DNA of 64,000 nt, taken from assembly GCA_051294375.1 (NCBI GenBank), contig CM119263.1:29034079-29098078 (forward strand), in the 5' to 3' direction. This DNA comes from Paraspadella gotoi (lineage: Eukaryota > Animalia > Chaetognatha). Every line of letters starts with the position of its first letter. Positions within the stretch are counted from its first letter, which is position 1. The notes beneath the pieces are model-generated. The model saw only the letters and a list, made by a program, of their open reading frames with translations. It was not told where the DNA came from and made no database searches. The position numbers were made by a program, and so were the translations under genes. Positions 60,918 through 64,000 of this stretch are shown in pieces.

Positions 60918-62700
60918 CGTTTCAATATTAACTCGTAACTGCCCCCCCAATCACCTCCTTCCATTAACTCGAATTCGCGACGTATGTTGAACACAGCCAC
61001 ATCCAATAAATTATCTCGACTACTCACGCTCGAATAACCGCGTCTAATAAATCCCTTGCTCCGTCGATCAATTGGAGCCATAAAAAGGTTTTTATGTACC
61101 TAATCTTTTCTCCTCCTTTTTCCTTCTTCTCCGGCAGTCGCGGTCGTCGTCGTTGTCGCTCTCGCTCTCGCTCGGGGAAGACTTGGCCCGCGGTTCGCCC
61201 TTTCCGTCTTCGTCGTCGTCGTCGTCGCCGCGTTGACCGGCCGTCGCGTCGTCGTCGGAACGACCAGCTCCTTCGCCGCCTTCCACGGCGTCGGCTTCTT
61301 TCGGCTCGAGATCGGGGCGGAAGTTTTCGAGTCTATCGGGTCGCGCGTTCGATTCCTCAATTGAAGTCGCCATTGTAGTTTCCAGAGGAGCACTGTCCGT
61401 CTTCTTTGGTTCGTGCTCTAAAATTGAAGACGAAAGACGAAAGTTAAAAGACCAGTTTCGCTCCGAATATCTTGATGGTTAATTGCTCGCCAACTAGCAT
61501 TCATACCAGAAATGGGTTCGTCGAGAAAATGGATTGTTGGACTTCCCGCCAAATCATCGTAGTCTTCAAAGTCGTAATCCAATTCGTCGTCGGCGGCAGA
61601 AACGGCGTCGGTGGTGGCATCCGATTTTGAGCGGAGTCGGCCGCCCGGCGGTAATTCCACATTAGCATCATCGCCGAGATTCGCCGGACTTCTAATCGAC
61701 TCGGTCTCCGTTAGTTTTGTCATCGTCTTCGTCGGCGATTCGAATTTTTTCGGAGCACCTTTATTTCTGTTCTCCTTGAGGGCATCTTCATCAACGGGTT
61801 CCCTTCCTTTATGAGATACTTTTTGAATATGGTCTGCTGAGGCACCTCCAGTTTCCACAGGTGCATCTGACATGGTTGTTCCATTATCAGAGTCCTCCTT
61901 GACTGCAAGCTGAAAGGAAAATTCAGATATAAGAAATCGCATATCAATGATTCTGAGGTAAAATTTGACTTTCGCCGAGTGGGCAATGGGGTTTATTCAG
62001 GTTAAAGCTTCTTTTAAAAAAAATCTTTAAAAATAAATATTTGTAAAAAAAAACTTTGGAGAGAAACAATAATAATTTGTTTTTGTCAACGAATTGTATT
62101 TGACAATAAGACATGTTTCGACTCTTGAATTTAGAGTCTTCATCAGTTGTGAAAATCAATAAATTTTAGTCACAATGTCTAAAAAACACTTTTAAAAATT
62201 TATTACCTAACCCTATTCACCCTTAACCTTAAACCACCCTTAACCCTAAATCCCCCTAACCCCAATCGGCGAAAGTAAAATTATACCGATCCTTGAAACC
62301 TCCGGATAAGTTAATTACTCTTATAAAGAGTAAGCAAGCAATAAATACAAGCTACTTTCTTCAGGAAATCTATAAAACTATTTAATGATACCAAATCCGA
62401 AGATCTTCCTCAATGCACTTGGTTTCACGTCCTCTTAATCTTACGGACCTTGAATTGAACGCGATTCCCTTCCTCTTCCGTGGAAAGAGCGTCTTGCTTC
62501 TCCTCTCTTTCCAGAGTTCTCGCTTTCGAAAGAGTCTTCCGCTTTAAACCTCCCGCTCCGCTCCGAGAGGATTTCGAGGAGGACGAGTTTTTGGACCCGT
62601 CCGCGACTGCGTCTTCGGATTCGGCTCGAGAAGCCACTTCCTTCGAAGGTTCTTCGTCGACCGACCGTTGGAGATGTCGACTTCGGCCCCGTCGCGGCAT
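54027..62700 (-). CDS. RBM33: RBM33-like RNA-binding protein, multi-exon
   Basis: Acidic/basic disordered N-terminus (ATG 62700), KIHVNPRF motif, Pro-rich region, coiled coil EEAEYQRKLEEQKRKRQEVLRRKEENRQRAA, and C-terminal RRM FVILDDLPNSKSITEKEIRYLCSRVGPIF|SVQYRRSENRALVKFKLHEDAYTFARDFDG|CVFGEKRIQVYLKRLD*. The order of blocks matches RBM33. Confidence 0.7.
55143..56250 (+). CDS. Uncharacterised 181-aa single-pass membrane protein, 5 exons, nested antisense in an RBM33 intron
   Basis: Exons 55143-55152, 55218-55296, 55588-55667, 55771-55948 and 56052-56250. All four introns are GT-AG with matching phases (1,2,1,2); total 546 nt. Protein MNGALGVWILCGILLLVIIFLGFYYVFRKKQTEQWKKQ...SSVAYSKYKQLVYEENGFVNISLDD...RKHSETEI*. 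Confidence 0.75.
56848..57459. mobile_element. Non-autonomous hAT-like element with 7-bp TSD
   Basis: CCAAGAC|TAGGG ... CCCTA|CCAAGAC around an AT-rich interior. Confidence 0.55.
60876..60915. repeat. (TC)n microsatellite
   Basis: About 20 TC units in an RBM33 intron. Confidence 0.95.
61957..62287. mobile_element. Small element with 22-bp inverted ends and CCCTAA-like tract (same family as 26707)
   Basis: ggtaaaatttgactttcgccga ... tcggcgaaagtaaaattatacc (20/22 match), with tacctaaccctattcacccttaaccttaaaccacccttaaccctaa inside. An isolated end of the same family lies at 12996-13018. Confidence 0.7.
62103..62150 (-). ncRNA. Minimal type I hammerhead ribozyme-like motif, probably degenerate
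   Basis: Minus strand ACAA-CTGATGA-A-GACTCT-aaattca-AGAGTC-GAAA-CATG-TC-ttaTTGT: intact core, 6-bp stem II, palindromic ACATGT stem III, weak stem I. Confidence 0.5.
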
Positions 62701-64000
62701 TTTTATTCCAGTTTCGTGGTTATCTTGCACGACTAATACTCGAGGTTTAGTTTCCCTGATGTCATATTTTGTAAACTAACGATTAACCTAGGGCACATAA
62801 ATTAATACGAACTTTTTCAATGGAATTTTTTTTTTTTTTTTAGAACCAACAAAGAAATGCAAAGACATTTAGGAAATCTAGCAATGTAAAGCCACAGCTT
62901 GTTTGATGTGTCGCCGAGTAATGATGGGTAAATCAAACAAATTTTAGTATTCCAAAAGCTCTTTTGTCTAATATTTTAAAACAGAAAATTTCCTTATATT
63001 TAAATGTTTTTAAACGCATAATTTCCAGTCTGAGATCTAACTGAGAAAATTACTGCATGATGGAAAATAAAACAAATAAAAGCATAGCTGCTCGAAAAAT
63101 ATAAAAGTTTACATTTTCCTAACTCGAAACAAATTTCAAACAATAGGTTTAGTCAAAGAACAAACTTTTCTAAAAACGCATTGCAGTTTTACGCCAAAAA
63201 TAACTTTCAAAGAATGACACATTGATATGGTATGCTAAAACAATAATATTAAACAGATCAGAAACTGTTAAATTTAAAGTTGACATAAATATGAAATTGG
63301 TACAACCAATTGATGTAAAAGCTAATCTATAGACTGAGGACAATTTTAACAGGATTGACTAGAAAAAACGAAAGCTCTAAATACACGACAGTAATTTTCT
63401 CCATTTCTTTTCCTGGGAAAGAAAACCGATCAGATTTAGATTATCTACGGACGAGACAAGAAAAACTTAGAAAAGGGAGTGTTGACTTCTACAACAAGAA
63501 TTCTCCAACATTCATAAATAAATTAGCTAGAATCGGGGGAATATTTCTTTATTTAACAATGATCTTTTAATTTAAAAACTGAATAAGAGAAGCCTTAGAT
63601 ATACGAATGGGAAACGAGGGAGTGGGTCTAAGTAGTGATGAAAATTTTCGAAATTAGATTCAGGAATCAGGATTGGTACGTAAATGTTCAGGGTTAGAAT
63701 ATTTCTTCTTATATTCAGTAAGGAAAGTCCATCTAGAAACAAATCTCTCAAAAATGTGGAAAATGATTACATTTGATATCTTTGTCTCTGTTGGGGATGT
63801 TGAAAGGAACGATTATGTTACAATACGTTTTAGAAGTTAATAAGACAGTTATCTATAAGACGTGATTTTTATACAATTAAGGGGGACCTTTTCCAATTCG
63901 TTTTAAAAATTCATACCTACACAGAGACAAGAGATACCCAATATAATCGCATAGAAGCACTGTATGAAGCAAAATACTACCAATACTTAAGTATTTATAA

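Overview
Gene-dense region of a eukaryotic genome, apparently a bilaterian invertebrate: GC-rich exons, mostly short AT-rich GT-AG introns, and one N-gap at 6871-6880. Eleven consecutive genes lie on the minus strand. From right to left they are RBM33-like, beta-TrCP/slimb, KLHL20/diablo, TMEM106, PRMT7, Golgi alpha-mannosidase II, C1orf198-like, Bsx homeobox, a RING-H2 gene, WDR33 and UBAP1 (cut off by the window edge). The only two plus-strand genes I can support are both nested antisense inside large introns. One is an intron-free eIF4G paralog (4E-binding motif, MIF4G, MA3, no W2) in WDR33. The other is a five-exon, 181-aa single-pass membrane protein with a C-terminal PDZ-binding motif in RBM33; it is not recovered as one ORF by the ORF track. 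The large introns also carry DNA-transposon debris: two hAT elements sharing one 8-bp target, a nested 9-bp-TSD insertion, two TTAA-flanked Kolobok-like copies, telomere-repeat foldback elements, a solo LTR and degenerate hammerhead-ribozyme-like motifs. Gene identities come from recognising motifs by eye; no searches were run. Multi-exon genes are given as start-to-stop spans.
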